DNA from: the human T2T-CHM13v2.0 reference genome, Homo sapiens
Assembly (NCBI RefSeq): GCF_009914755.1
Contig: NC_060932.1
Direction: 5' to 3' (one strand)
Length of the DNA stretch: 64,000 bases
Both the position numbers and the translations under genes were made by a program. Within the stretch, counting starts at the first letter, position 1. Each line of letters opens with the position of its first letter. The notes below the pieces were generated by a model. It searched no databases. It saw only the letters and a list, made by a program, of their open reading frames with translations, and had not been told where the DNA came from. Of the stretch, positions 28,390 to 42,781 are shown piece after piece.

Positions 28390-29635
28390 GTTCCAAAGAT
28401 TTACCATGAAGCTAATGAAACCTGCATTGCAGAGTCCTTCACTAGTATGGCCTTTTCCAATGTCTTGAAAGGAGTCCTAGTCACATGTTCACATGCTTAC
28501 ACATTTATGTAAAATATGCAGGATAAGATAATTAAACTACAATTATCTAAGATGGCAGTCTTTTTTTCACTCTGATTTTCTGTCCAAAATATTCCTCTTG
28601 TGGAAGTAGGTTTGGAATGGCCCTGAACATTTTTGGAATCTGAACTGAGAGAAAGTTGAGTGAAAGATACATTGATTTAAGGCATAGTGAGATGTCTAGT
28701 AAAGTTATTGTAAGGTATTCCAGTGTTGAAAAGGCTTCCAGAAATATGCCAAAACCGACTGTGCTGACTCACATGATGTCATGCCAGAAAGATGAAGGGC
28801 CAGAGATTGTATGATGACCTGAGTTTGTCCTTGTGCAACAAGCACCAATGGCATATGAGTGTTGATGGGACAAGTTTTGAAATGTATGGAGCCAAAAGCT
28901 AGCCTGTGGAAAGTTCTACCAGGCATTCGACATGTGGTAAGGTAACCAGGAGACTAAGTTCCATGGATGTCTAGTCAAATGGAAATTTTCTTCTCTCAAG
29001 AATAAACATGATAATTTCGTGTATGCAATTCTAAATTCACCAAATTGTGTTTTCTTTTTCAATGGCAATTTCAGGAAATTAAATGATCAGAATCCCCATG
29101 TTTCCAGGGGCCAAACCTGTAATAGTCCCACAGACAGTGAGTGTGTCTATAACAACTAATATAGGCAGAAAAATTCAAAGACGTTTTCTGAAATTTGCCA
29201 ATACCTGTAAACATTTTTAGGACATTGTCAAAATAAGCTGTGAAGCTGAAAGAAGTTTATTTAAGTATTAATAATAAAAATTTAATAAGCTATGCTAAAT
29301 ACCAATTCTCTTTCTATTATCTCTATAGAAAAGATTTTACAAAATCATTCTCAGATGTAGAAGCAATTTTTAAAAATTCAGCCAAAAAATAGTAGGGTGA
29401 AAAGTATTATAATGATAGCAGGTAGTTAATTAATAGCATGTTCTTTTTCTGAATTTTATGATGCTTGTGGCTTTGACAACTTTAAACATTTTATAATTGT
29501 GGAATTTCTTTTGTCGTTTTACAGAAATATTCAGTTTTGTACCTCATAATTTGTATTTATAATTTTGTATTCTTCTTCATAAAAAGGGCCATTGAATTGT
29601 GTTTAACTCATGCCTCACCAAACCTGAACCAGCAT
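28390..29635 (+). mobile_element. Internally deleted Zaphod-like hAT-Tip100 DNA transposon
   Basis: 5' end gatttaccatgaagctaatgaa and tttgaaatgtatggagccaaaagctagcctgtggaaa match the recalled Zaphod/MER115 consensus; transposase relics SCEAERS (29236-29256) and LSIISIE (from 29310); 3' end aaaagggcc...caccaaacctgaacc. Confidence 0.8.
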
Positions 29636-30689
29636 TTTCCTCTGTTGAATTTCTATTGCCTGCCTACAGCAAGGCCCACGTCTTCCTGTAACAGTTGCCC
29701 CCAGTTCCCTTAACTATCACCAGGGAGTCAGCAGTTAATGACATGCTCAACCTTCCTCCAATTACAGATGGTTAGGAGAGAAAACAAAGCCATAAGGCCA
29801 TTAAACTCATGAGGTTTTGACTGGTGGTTCGGAGGTAGAGCTGGCCCTGGCTATATCTGCCGTGTACACAAGAACCAAAAATACCACACTTCATTTCAGA
29901 AGATCCAGATTTGATCCCACCTCTGCCACTGGTGTATGATCTTCAGAAATGAACTTGGCTGTCCGAACTTCAATCCCCTTATTCATACGATAGACCTATT
30001 GTGATGGCCGGCAAGCTGAGGTATAGAAACACATATTATATAGTAAGGGGTTCTTCAAATGTAATATCTGTTCTCAATTCCTCTTCTCTATCATTACCAA
30101 GGAGCCAATGATGCACAGCTACCCATGTACCTTCATTGTAGAGACACACCCTGAACAAGCAGACAACATGGCGCCACATCAGAGTATTATATTAGAATGT
30201 GTGTTTGGCATTTCTTTAGCAGAGGGGCCAAGTGTAGGAAGGGAGCGGGTAGAAAAGGAGGACCACAGGTGACAAGAGTCTCCCCTGACCTTAAGCTTGC
30301 AGTTCCCACTGAACCAAACAGAAGCCCTGTATGCATCTGGAAGTCCTTGCTTAGTGGGCTGTGCAATGTGTGTTTTAGGGGTCTCAAGCCTTCATCCCAT
30401 GTAGCCATGGACAACATGTTCCAGGAAAACATTACTTCCTCACTTCATTACATTCCAAGTGACATTTCTGCATCCCTTCTTGACGAATGTTGTCCAAAAT
30501 TGGTTGTCCCTCTCTTTGATCCAGCTCTGACCACAGAGATCAGTTTTACATACTTGGGTACTTCCCCTTGGTGATTCAAGAGGAGGCACTTTCCTTAAAT
30601 AGCCTTGGAAACCTTGAGACAGCTGCTGCATCCATCTATGTTCATTGCTCAAACTTCCTGTATGGTTTGCCACCAGGCTTAGGTTCAAA

Positions 30690-31260
30690 TCCAAAATCAA
30701 AATCTTAACATGGCCACCCAGGCGCATGTGGCCTCAGTAATACACAGTTTTTGAGCTTCATCTCAAGCTTCTCTTCCCCTTACTTTGCTCTCCATGCCTG
30801 CTTCCAGCTCTTCTGCTTCACCCAGTCCTTCCCCATCCCTCATGTCACACAGGTTAGCTTCTGTGCCCAAGTAGGGTCCTGCTTCCTTTCACAAAGCTGA
30901 CTCCCATGAGCTCTCCAGAGATGATCTCAAGTGTCACTTTTGTGGGGATAACTACCCCAGTGACACCCTCCTCCAGATTTGGTTAGCTTCTCCCATTCCA
31001 GCCTAGTTTAGATGGAATCATATTAAGTTGCTGGCATTAATTTATTATGACCTACAAAACCATCAATAGTGTACAGTTCTCACAACTCCCTTGTACATTG
31101 CAGCCCTCATCAAAATTGTTATGAAGTAATTGATTTGAATAATGATTAATATCTGACTCCCTGATGGTTTATAATCTTTGTGGAAGTAGACAACATATCT
31201 ATCTTGTCTACTGCTATTTAGCACATACTAAATACCACCTAGTAAATATTTGTTTAATGT
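30690..31260 (+). mobile_element. L2 fragments
   Basis: aaatcaaaatcttaacatggcc, tctcaagtgtcactt, terminus agtaaatatttgtttaatg; boundaries approximate. Confidence 0.5.
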
Positions 31261-32729
31261 TACTTATTTAACTGCAGAGATATACTTTTTACATTTTCTA
31301 CATTTAAGATGCACACGGAATATGCGATGTTGTGGAGAAAAGAGCTATTTGCCAAATGGTTACTTGTTACTTTATTTTTCTAAGGCTTTGGGCATAAAAT
31401 GCCATTATGGAATTACTATTTTATTACAATGGTATCTGTAGTACTTTGGCCCTAATGTTCTTTTTTGGTTATGATGCTGCACTATGCCTGTGGAATACAT
31501 TCTGGATGCATGATGAGACTACTGAGACAATCACAATCTTGTAAGTTTCCTTTTCTTCTAAGATAAATCTCAAGCAGAGATTCTCTTCTCAGGAAGAGTA
31601 GAACTTTTCACAATCTCGAGCCAAGTAAACACTCTCAAATTGCAATGCAAAAGATTTTGCAAAATACTTGAAAAAATGCAATTTATAAAGCAGAAGTTGT
31701 ACAGATGCCATGGAAGATCTAATGAAAAATCAGAAAAGATTGCAGCACAGATTTAACTCTTCTCAAGACAGCAAAAGCACCCCACATGTGACAGATACTC
31801 ATGAGAACATTGGGAGCCTGAAGCCCCATTTTCCAGACAAGGAAGGAATTACGGGTCTCTGATCACAGCAGAGGGGCCCTCATTAGACCCATCAAGGATT
31901 GCACGTGCCCTGTGCAAGGCCACATGCGCATGGGGTGTGCAATTAACTCTGCCCATGCTGCTGAAGTTTCAGTCCATTAGTCTGAGTGAATCTTGGTCAT
32001 TTGTATCCCTCTTGGTGCCTCATAAACATATGCCTCATAGTCTGCATCTTCAAACTTTTTCCATACTGTAAAACTGTCTTCGCAAAATCTCATCACAAGC
32101 TGAAAAGTGATCCCTGGTGATAAACAACTGAGATGGTTATTCACCTCCATGACTAGCCTTTCAGGGCCTCACTTTCTATATCCATCAAATGGGAAGAACA
32201 ATAGATGCCTCATCCTCCTCACTATGTTGCTGTGAGCATCTGTTGAAGTAGTGGCTATTCGAGTGCATTGAAATGCATCAGTCAGTACACAGATACAAGG
32301 GCTTCTGATAACTCATACCTGAAGAATTTTTGTCAACCCTGAAGGGATTTGCTTCTTGGTATACGGGTATTAAAATACTAGTATAATTTCTCTAACCGGA
32401 GTATGATGTCACTAGTTCCAGAGTCTTTTCATAGATGGATGGGTTTTATGATAAATAACTCACCCTCGGTGTTAACTTGGCTTTCCAACTAGCCAAACAG
32501 GCCTTTGTGGAACAAGGTTAGCAAATAGCATTTGGGCAAACGATCAAAAGGGTCTCCCTCTCTTCTATCACTCTCTTTATCTCTCTTGGTACCTCTCTCT
32601 GACTTTCTCTCCCTCCTTTAAAAAGTTATCTCTGTTTTTTTTAATTTTTTTTACATTAAAAACAACAAATGGGCCCTTCAGAATAGTCGAAAACTTTAGA
32701 ATGCAAAGATATCAAAAAATAAGAAATAA

Positions 32730-32925
32730 CCTAGATCAGAAAACAGATAAATGATTGCCAGGGGTTGGGATTGGGAGGAGTTATTTACAAGGTGAATGAA
32801 GAAATTATGAGGGGTTGTGGAACTTTTCTATATTTTGATCTTGAAAATTATATAACTATATACTTGTGTTAATCTTGTAGAAGTGAACACTAAAAAGGGT
32901 GAATTTTATTATAAACAATTTTTTA
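32730..32925 (+). mobile_element. Old L1 3'UTR end
   Basis: gaaaacagataaatgattgccaggggttggg...cactaaaaagggtgaattttatt. Confidence 0.7.
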
Positions 32926-33883
32926 AGAGAACAAAAAATGTACTATAATCCCACCAGCCAATAACACACTATTAACACTTTGGCGTACTTCTGACTAGTC
33001 TTTTTTTTTTTTTTTTTTTTTTTTTGCTGGTGTTTCAAAATGTCATTATGATCATATAATACACAAATATACATATATGTGTGCATATAGATATCTACAG
33101 ATGACTAAGATAGATGATTGATAGATGATAGATCAGTGAATAGATAACCAAACTCAAAACAAAATAGTTAATTCATGCAACTTGCACAAAAGGTACAAGA
33201 AATATACTATGAAAAGTCTCCCTCTCCCCTTTTTCCTTGGGCACCTAGCTAGTTTTGTTTTAGTTTTTACCTAGCTCTCCTGAGACAGTGTGCATATATA
33301 AGACAAAATATACATATACCTCTTTTGTAATACTAAGACACCAAATTCATACTTCTGCATCCTGCCTTTTTTCTTTACTTAACAATACATCTTGAAGATG
33401 GTTCAAATTACACATATATAGATAATTTTTCATGACTGATTTTTAATAGCTGCATAGTATTTCTATATTTTAATGCACTGTAATTTATGATATTGTATTG
33501 ACAACCACCCGGGTTGTTTTTAATATTTCATTTTTACAAATAATAATGTGATAAACATCCTTGTACTTGTGAGATTTCTTTTCCTATATGGGTTATTTAT
33601 CTTTAGTAGAGCTTCTTAGAATTGGAATTGTGAAGTCTAAGTCCACATTTTAAGTTTTGCTAGATAAAGCTACATTGCCCCCTTTAAAGTTGTGCCAATT
33701 TTTACTCCAACTACTGATATATCAAAGTGTCTGTTCTTGTATCATTATCAAAATTTTAATATTTAATTATCTGATGAGTGAAAAATGACATCTGATAGTC
33801 CTGTCAGTTAGTATTGCTTTTAATGTGACTAATTTTTAGCTTTTATTCATGTTTAAATGAATAAAATGTACTCCCTTTACTAC

Positions 33884-34112
33884 TTTTTTTTTTTTTTTTT
33901 TGAGACAGGGTCTCACCCTGTTGCCCAGGCTAGAGTGCAGTGGCGTGATCATGGCCCACTGCTGCCTTGACCTCCAGGGCTCAAGCAATCTGCCCACATC
34001 TGCCTCCTGCCTGTGTTGCTCAGACTGGTCTTGAACTCCTGAGCTCAAGCAGTCTACCTGCCTTAGCTTCGTAAAGTGCTGGAATTACAGGCGAGAGCCA
34101 ACTTGCCCAGCC
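33884..34112 (-). mobile_element. Alu, J-type, internally deleted
   Basis: Right arm joins the left arm without the linker (~70 bp missing); TSD tgtactccctttact / tgtatttcctttact. Confidence 0.9.
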
Positions 34113-34519
34113 CTGTATTTCCTTTACTTTGAACTGCATTTGTGTATCCTTGGTTCATGTTCTATTTGATAGCCATTTCTTCTTAATTAGAGGGATTTCT
34201 TTTTTTTAGATTAGAAAAACTAGCCCTTTTGGCTATGATAAGTGGTTTATATTTCCTTTTGTGTGCTACTTGCCTTTTGTCTTTATTTGGCTTTTTTTTG
34301 GACTTGCATTATTTATTTAAGATTTACGTAGTTGGATTTCTTTCTCCTTTCACATATGGCCTCTCTCACTTCAATATTATGTAGAAAAAAACCTCTGAAA
34401 TAATGAATTCCTATACTTTTATGGGTTCTTTTTTTATTTTGATATTTGACCCATCTGGAATTTATTTTGGTATAAGAATGAGGTAGATTTTCAACAATTT
34501 ATTCCACTAAATCATAAAT

Positions 34520-34734
34520 TAGTACACCTTTTTTCCATAAATGGCTAAATAGTAAATATTTTAGACTTCATGGATGATACAGTCTTGGGGCAGCTACTCA
34601 ACTCTGGCCTTGGGCGAAAAAGCAGCCACAGACAGCACAAAAACCAATGGGCATAACTGTGATCCGGTAAAGCTGGTGTAGACACACAGGCAGCAGGAGG
34701 ATTTGACCCTCAGATTGTAGTTTGCTCACCCTTG
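34520..34734 (-). mobile_element. MER58A-like MITE
   Basis: atagtaaatattttag...cagctactcaactctg...aaagcagccacagac...gtagtttgctcacccttg. Confidence 0.8.
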
Positions 34735-35578
34735 GTGCAGAAGATTACTTAATTATTCTAACAAAATTGATTTAGTAAATAATTTTCCCCATTGATATGT
34801 CTTGGTTCCTTTATAATACACAACATTATTTTTTATAGGTAGGTCTTGTACAAAACTCTCCATTTGATTTTATTGTTCTGTCTTTCTATTCATAGGCTGG
34901 GTATGACACTAATTTGGTTACTATAGCTTTATGTATATTTTTAACATTGGATGAGGTCAGTTGCTCCTCAAAACTCTTATTTTTCAGAATTTTGTGCAGG
35001 AATATCTGAGTATTTCTAATTAGATTAGAATGTCAGAATACATTCATGGACATATGAGTTTGGGGTTTTTTAAAATTTTTTTTAGATATCCTTCACCTTG
35101 AACATTTATTATTTCTTTGTGTTGGGAACAATCCAAATCTCTCCTAGATGTTTTGAAATATACAATGTATTGTTAACTGTAGTCACCCTACTGTGCTATT
35201 GAATACTAGAGCTTGTTCCTTCTGTCTAACTGTATGATTATACTCATTAACCAACTTCTCTTCATCTGCCCCCCACCTCCACCCATCTCAGCCTCTAGTA
35301 ACTACCATTTTACTCTCTACCTCCATGACATTAACTTTTTTAGCTCCCATATATGAGTGAGAACATGCAATATTTTGTCTTTCTGTGCCTGGCTTATTTC
35401 ACTTAACATAATGACATCCAGTTCCATTCATGTTGATGCATATAACAGATTTCATTCTTTTTATGGCTGAATAGTAATCCATTGTATGTATATACACATA
35501 TAACGTCTGTATATATAATGTGTATATAAAATGTATATCCATAATATATGTATATATACACATATATGTAATATATAT

Positions 35579-35652
<74 letters not shown>
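35579..35652. repeat. (TG)13(TA)24 compound microsatellite
   Basis: Counted directly. Confidence 0.95.
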
Positions 35653-35656
<4 letters not shown>

Positions 35657-35658
35657 AC

Positions 35659-35950
35659 TTTTTTTTTTGAGACAGAGTCTTGCTGTGTTGCCCAGGCTGG
35701 AGTGCAGTGGTGCAATCTCAGCTAACTGCAACCTCCACCTCTCGGTTCAAGGGATTCTCATGCCTCAGTCTCCCAAAAAGCTGGGACTACAGTCATGTGC
35801 CACCATATCCGGCTAATTTTTGCATTTTTTAGTAGAGACAGGGTTTTGCCATGTTGGTCAGGCTGGTCTTGAACTCCTGACCTCAGGTGATCTGCCTGCC
35901 TTGGCCTCCCAAAGTGCTGGGATTACAGGTGTGAGCCACCGCATCTGGCC
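35659..35950 (-). mobile_element. Alu, S-type
   Basis: Reverse dimeric Alu with cctgacctcaggtgatc. Confidence 0.96.
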
Positions 35951-37223
35951 TCACATTTTCTTTATCCATTCATCCATTGATGGACATTTAGGTTGCTTCC
36001 ATATCTTGGCTGTTGTGAATAGTGCTGCAGTAAACATGGGAGTACAGGTATCATTTTGATATACTGAATTCCTTTCCTTTGGGTAAATATGTCATGGTGG
36101 GTTTGCTACATGATATGATAGTTCTACTTTTAGTTTTTTGAGAAACCTCCGAACTATTTTCTACAGTGGTTGTACTAATTTACATTACCACCAGCAATGT
36201 ATAAGAGTTCCTTTTTCCTTTTTCCACATCCTCACTGACATTTATTACTTTCTGTCTTTTTGATAATATCCATCCTTACTGAGGGAAAGAGGGTATCTCA
36301 CTGTGGTTTCAATTTGCATTTCCCTGATGATTCGTGGTGTTGAACTTTTTTTTTTTTCAGATACCTGCTAGCCAATTGTATGTATTCTTTTAAGACATAT
36401 CTGTTCATTCCTTTGCCCTCTTTTTAGTGCTTTTACATATTTGGCTTTTGTTTTTTTGTTTTCGTTTTCATTTTGCTGTTATGTTGTTCCTGGATATACA
36501 AGGAACTCAAACTATAGTCCTTTGTCAGATGAATAGTTTGTAAAGATTTTCTCCCATTCCTCAGATTGTCTCTTCACTATGTTGATTGTTTCCTTTGATG
36601 TGCTGTTAGTTTTTAGTTTAATATGGTCCCATTTGTCTAGTTTTGTTTTTTGTTGCTTTTGAGGTCTTAGCCACAAGATCTTCGCCCAGACCAACATCCT
36701 GAAGTGTTTTCCCTCTTTTCTTCTGTAGCTTTATAGTTTCAGGTCCTAAATTTAAGTCTTCAATCCATTTTGGTTTAATTTTTGTAGGTGGTGAGAGATT
36801 GGGGTCTAGCTTCATTCTTCTACATATGGATGTCCAGTTTTCTCAGCACCATTTATTGAAGAGACCATCCTTTCCTCAATGTATGTTTTCAGTGCCTTTG
36901 TCAAAAATCAATCAGCTGTAAATACATGCATTTATTTCTAGGTTCTCTATTCTGTTCCATTGGTCTATACGTCTGTTTAAACACCAATACCATGCTGTTT
37001 TAGTTAGTATAGCTTTGTAGTATATTTTGAAGACAGGTACTGTTATGCCTCCAGTTTTGTTTTTTGCTCAGTATTACTATGAGCTATTTTTAAAAAATAC
37101 TTCCAAAGAAAAAAGTGCAAAAGTTTATATTAGCTTACTATAGTTTTAATAGGTTAAAATTAGTAGCTTCTGAGTAATGAAGAGAGACTGAGCTTAATTT
37201 CTCCTGCTTTGAAAGTACTTCTA

Positions 37224-37524
37224 GGGTCTGGGTGTGGTGGCTCATGCCTGTAATCCCATTGTTTTGGAAGGTCAAGACAGGAAGATTGCTTGAGCCCCAG
37301 AGTTCAAGACCAGCCTGGGCAAGATAGCAAGACCCTGTCTCTAAATTTTTTTTTTTAATTAGGCAAGAATAGTGGTGTGTACCTGTAGTCCCAGCTACTT
37401 GGGAAGCTTGAGCCCATGAGTTTGAGGCAGGAGCACGCTATGATCATGCCATTGCACTCTAATTTAAGCAACAGAGTAAGTCCTCATCTTTAAAAACAAA
37501 CAAACAAAACAAAGCAAAACAAAA
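37224..37524 (+). mobile_element. Alu, J-type
   Basis: Perfect TSD gaaagtacttcta (37211-37223 / 37525-37537); (CAAAA)n tail. Confidence 0.93.
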
Positions 37525-39501
37525 GAAAGTACTTCTATTTATTTCTTCACCTGCTAATTTAGCTTGTTCAAGTGTAGAAGCTGGAGGATGTTTCCCTGCA
37601 ATGACAGAGTAGCCAATTTTGTATCTCCTGATTTTTTCCTTCTCTCATTCTTCTTTGCTCAACAGACACTAAATTGAGGTTTGTGTCCTTGTAAATAGTA
37701 GATTTCATTTACCCTCTGCCACCTTTGTCAAAAAATAATTTTAATTTAAAAAATGATGTAAACTTATTTTAGCAAAATTGAAGACTATAGAAAGCTATGA
37801 AAGTGAAAATTTAAATCACCGTAACACTGCACTCAGAGATAACCACTGTTAGGACTTTTATTTCTTTCTTTCTCTTCTCTATACACCTGTAACATGCATG
37901 TACACCTACTGCATGCATATGTGTATGATACATGTGCAAACAGTGCATGCTAACATTTTCTACCCTGCTTTTCCATGTGTTATTTTTATCCTGTGTTCCA
38001 CTATTTTGGAAACCATCAGGGTTGACAGAGGGAAATTGATCAAGCCCTTTGTCTTCATTGATGTCAAGAGTTTCAGTCAACTTGGAGGCCGTGGCCTCCT
38101 CCTTACAGGCTTCTTCAGCCTTTGGTTTGAGTTTGGGTTTTTTACTTTTCATTTTTGGAGGAGCCACGTTCTCTCTCCTTTCCTATTACTGGAGAGCCGC
38201 TTCCTCTCTTCACTCATTCATTGTGCAGTGTGGGGGAGTCAGGACCCAGATGGGAAAGAAAGCATCTTGCCACACTCAAATCTCATCTTTTTTGCCATGT
38301 TTGCCCCATGGCATTTCTCTCAGCATCTTCTTGTGCTTTTTCCAAAACATATAAAGGACAATTCTACTCTGGAAAGTCACTGGGATACTGTTCTCTGAGA
38401 ACAGGTATTGAGAAGAAGATGGTTTCCTCTTGGAACTTGGCCAACTGGCTCACAGCGAACGTGGTGTGGACTCTTACCAGCTCTCTCTAGTATGCTAAGG
38501 GCCCCCAACCAGGGACCCTGAAGGCATCTCAAGAGAGCAGTGTCCAGGTCTGCCCTTGTTGGAAGGAGGATGATGTGAGGAGATCACCTTTATTAAAGCT
38601 GCAGGTTGTCTGCCAGATTTTCAAATTTCAATGTAACTTTTTATTTAACCAATGCTGATTAATAGTAGTGGCATTGTTGAAATCCATTCCCCTTCATTTC
38701 ATTTTCTAATGAAATTTCGGATTTCTACACAGACATGGTTTTCTGGCATAAAAAGCTTGCATTTGCAACCTGTCATATTGGGACTGTGCAGAACTTTTCC
38801 ATGTTTTAAAACTCAGGAGAAAGAAGTAAAGATGGTAAGAGTGCACTTGAGCAGAAACAAAGGGCTGTGATCCCAAAACAGGGGACAAATGAGCTGCAAA
38901 GGAGAGACACCAAGAGCGGAGAGCAAGAGGCAAAGTGATATGAAAGACTCCAAAGTGCTGGTTCAGAGAAAAGAAAAAAAAGGGACATAGGTCAGGAAAG
39001 GGGAGAAGGACTGACATGAACTGGCAAATGGCAACAGATATAAAAAGCCAGCTTTCTCTGGGGAGTGGAAATGTTTCTAAGCATTTTTGTTCATGTTAGT
39101 ATGATTTGTTTTTTCCTAAGTAAGCTTGAAAATCATAGAGTGAATAGGAGAAACCAAAGATTAGGGAAAATATTTTTAGAACAAGCTCAGGGAAGTCATA
39201 TAGGTTTAAAATATATAGTCTATGCAAATAATGGCACACATTTCAGAATGGAAACAAAAATAAGTGGCAGATAATGTGTCCAAGTAATATTGGTAGCAAA
39301 TGGACTGTTACGAGAGCAAATGATATTTTGCAGAGCTGAGAGTGTGACCTGTCTTCAATTATTTGAATCCCTATCCTACAAAAGCATTGAAAAAGGAAGA
39401 TCTGGAGCCAATGACTGTGTATTACATATATTTTCATTCAGTACAAGCAGACATCATCAGTGTGCTATATACTACTTTCATTATTATTATTATCTTAATT
39501 A

Positions 39502-39846
<345 letters not shown>

Positions 39847-39868
39847 TCATGATGAAATGGGATGCTTT

Positions 39869-40201
<333 letters not shown>

Positions 40202-40409
40202 TTACTTGCACTGGAATTGTTCAAGCCAAGTTCTATCAACATTTGACACAGAAACACATGACCATCGTAAGGTCTTTCCCAGCTCAGCATTCTGTGACTG
40301 CGTGGTCTTTGTACTGAGTTTTACATGATATGGATTTCTTACCTTAGAAGGATCAGTTTTTAAAAGATGGGCTGAATGAATCAAATCAGAGAACACTATT
40401 TGCCTACCC

Positions 40410-40880
40410 AATATCTAGTCTCCACAGCTAGCTGGGGACACTTTATAGCCACGTTAAAAAAACAACAGCAAAACCCCACTGCATTTCTCAACTTCTGTAG
40501 CAGATGGAGGTGGTCAAGTGACTAAGTTTTAGCCAAAGAGATATTAGTGAGAATTGGGAGAAACTTTGAGATTCCTTAAGAAGGGAGACAGAGGATGCTA
40601 ACATGGAACTTGTCCTTTGCCTTCCCATTCTCCTTTCTGCCATCTGGATCAGGATATCTGGCCATGCTGAAATCATGAGACAACATGAAGGATAAAATCC
40701 TCAAACTAAGAATAGAAATCAGAACATTAGGACCTGGTCTGAGTTCATTGTGGAGCTTCCCCAGCCCGCTCAGGCTGCCCCCAGTCTTCCCATTTTTAGA
40801 AAAATTAAAACTATGGTTTGTTAAAGCTTCTATTCTGATGGTCTCTGTTACTTGTAGCTGAACGCAATGAATTGTGAGAT
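40410..40880 (+). mobile_element. MLT1 (MaLR) LTR, MLT1J-like
   Basis: gtggtcaagtgactaagttttagccaaagagat...ctgttacttgtagctgaacgcaat. Confidence 0.75.
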
Positions 40881-40894
40881 ACGATTTACCACAA

Positions 40895-41228
40895 TTTTTT
40901 TCTTTCTTTCTTTCTTTTTTCTTCTTCTTCATTTTTTTTTTTTTTTTAAAAGGGTTGTGCCATGTCACCCAGGCTGGAGTGCAATTGTGCGATCATGACT
41001 GACTGTGGTGTCAACCTCCCAGGCTCAAGCAATCCTCCCACCTCAGTCTCCTAAGTAGCTGTGACTATAGGCATGTGCCACCATGCCAGGCTAATTTTTG
41101 TATTTTTTGTAGAGATGGGGTCTTGCTGTGTTGCACAGGCTGGTCTCAAACTCCTGGCCTCAAACAAATCCTCTCTCCTCAGCCTCCCAAAGTGCTGGGA
41201 TTACGGGTGTGACCCAGTGTGCCCAGCG
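40895..41228 (-). mobile_element. Alu, J-type
   Basis: Reverse dimer with T/CTTT tail. Confidence 0.93.
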
Positions 41229-42513
41229 CTGTTTACTGAAATTTTTTTTTTTATGATTCTGACTATAGCTTTAAACCCAGGCTCTGCCATCTCCATGCTG
41301 TTTAACAAGTTCTCTGCCCTTCGTCTGCCTCACCAGATGTATTATGTATAAAAAAAAGTCACAACCTAGATTGCAGAATTTCATGTAAATCGCTTACAAA
41401 ACAACACAGATAGAAGGCAGCAATTGGTGAGTTTGATCTTTGGTGCCCAAATACAGCTGTGCTATTTGGTGTATACAAATGTCACCAAATTCCTGCACAA
41501 ATTTGCGGGCGGGATAGGGGAAGAAGGAAGGGATGATGAAGGCAATGGACACAACAGTCTAAAAAGTTTTAAAAAATTGAATGTAGGTAAAATAGAGCTC
41601 AGAATTCCTCCACCATCATCTGCATTTGAATCTGGGGAGAAGTCAGCCCTCCCAACTTTCACTTCCTACTAGAATAGCAAGACACACTCTGCCTCCAGAC
41701 AGTGTGGATTATCTGCCACCCGAACTGAAGTTTCAATCACTCAAATCCTGGTGTCATTTACATTGTTTCTACTGGGAAAGGTCAGGTGTCTGCAGGGGCT
41801 ATAAGCAAAGAAAAACCCATCCCCTGGAACCACCAGTGTAAAGGAGAGGGAAGGCGAGTGACAGCATGTGTCGATGCTGGATCATTTTCAGGGGTAACAG
41901 ACCACTACATCCTGAGGCTTTTTAGCAAATAGGAAGCTGAAGGACAAACATCTGAAGGAGAAATTAATCTCCGTGAGTAGGTGACAAGCTGCGATAAGCC
42001 CTTGGGGTGTGTGTCAGTGTAGCACAGATGTTAGTGTGAGAACTATTACTTGATTCAAGGGAAAGGGGAGAAGGGCAGGGAGGGGGGAAATGACAATGAA
42101 AAACAAAACAGTGAAAACCACAATCATCTTCACCAGGCAGCTGATTTTTTTAAAAAGGCATATATCCATCAAAGGAACAAAACATTAAAATACACCCATA
42201 TGGCAAAGACCTGGTGTAACTGGAATTTTCACCTCCTGATTTTGACAGTGTAAATTTGTTCAGCCCTTTTGAAGAGCAATTTGGCAATGTGATTTCAGAG
42301 CCATAGAAATATGCACATCCATCTTTCAAATGTCCCAGCTCTTATAAATGTATCTTTAAAAAGACTCAAAAATAATTTTTTTAATTTATATGCCTGAGGT
42401 GTTTATTTCAGCATCTCTACAACGAGAAAAATGAAAACCGAAGGTTTGACATTTGAGACAATATTAAGTAAATCAATACATGCTAATTTAATGGGATGGT
42501 ATTAAGTAAATCT

Positions 42514-42781
<268 letters not shown>

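Larger units (their letters stand above)
33150..35000 (-). mobile_element. L1ME-like fragments hosting an Alu and MER58A
   Basis: ttttaatagctgcatagtatt, gtgccaatttttactcca, tttgacccatctggaatttattttggtataag, ttactatagctttat. Confidence 0.7.
35070..37075 (-). mobile_element. L1MA-type 3' ~1.5 kb (ORF2 C-terminus relic plus 3'UTR), interrupted by Alu and microsatellite
   Basis: ORF track gives ORF2p-like MKLDPNLSPPTKIKPKWIEDLN and [10 protein letters not shown]...[14 protein letters not shown]; L1MA 3'UTR ttgttaactgtagtcaccctactgtgc. Confidence 0.93.
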
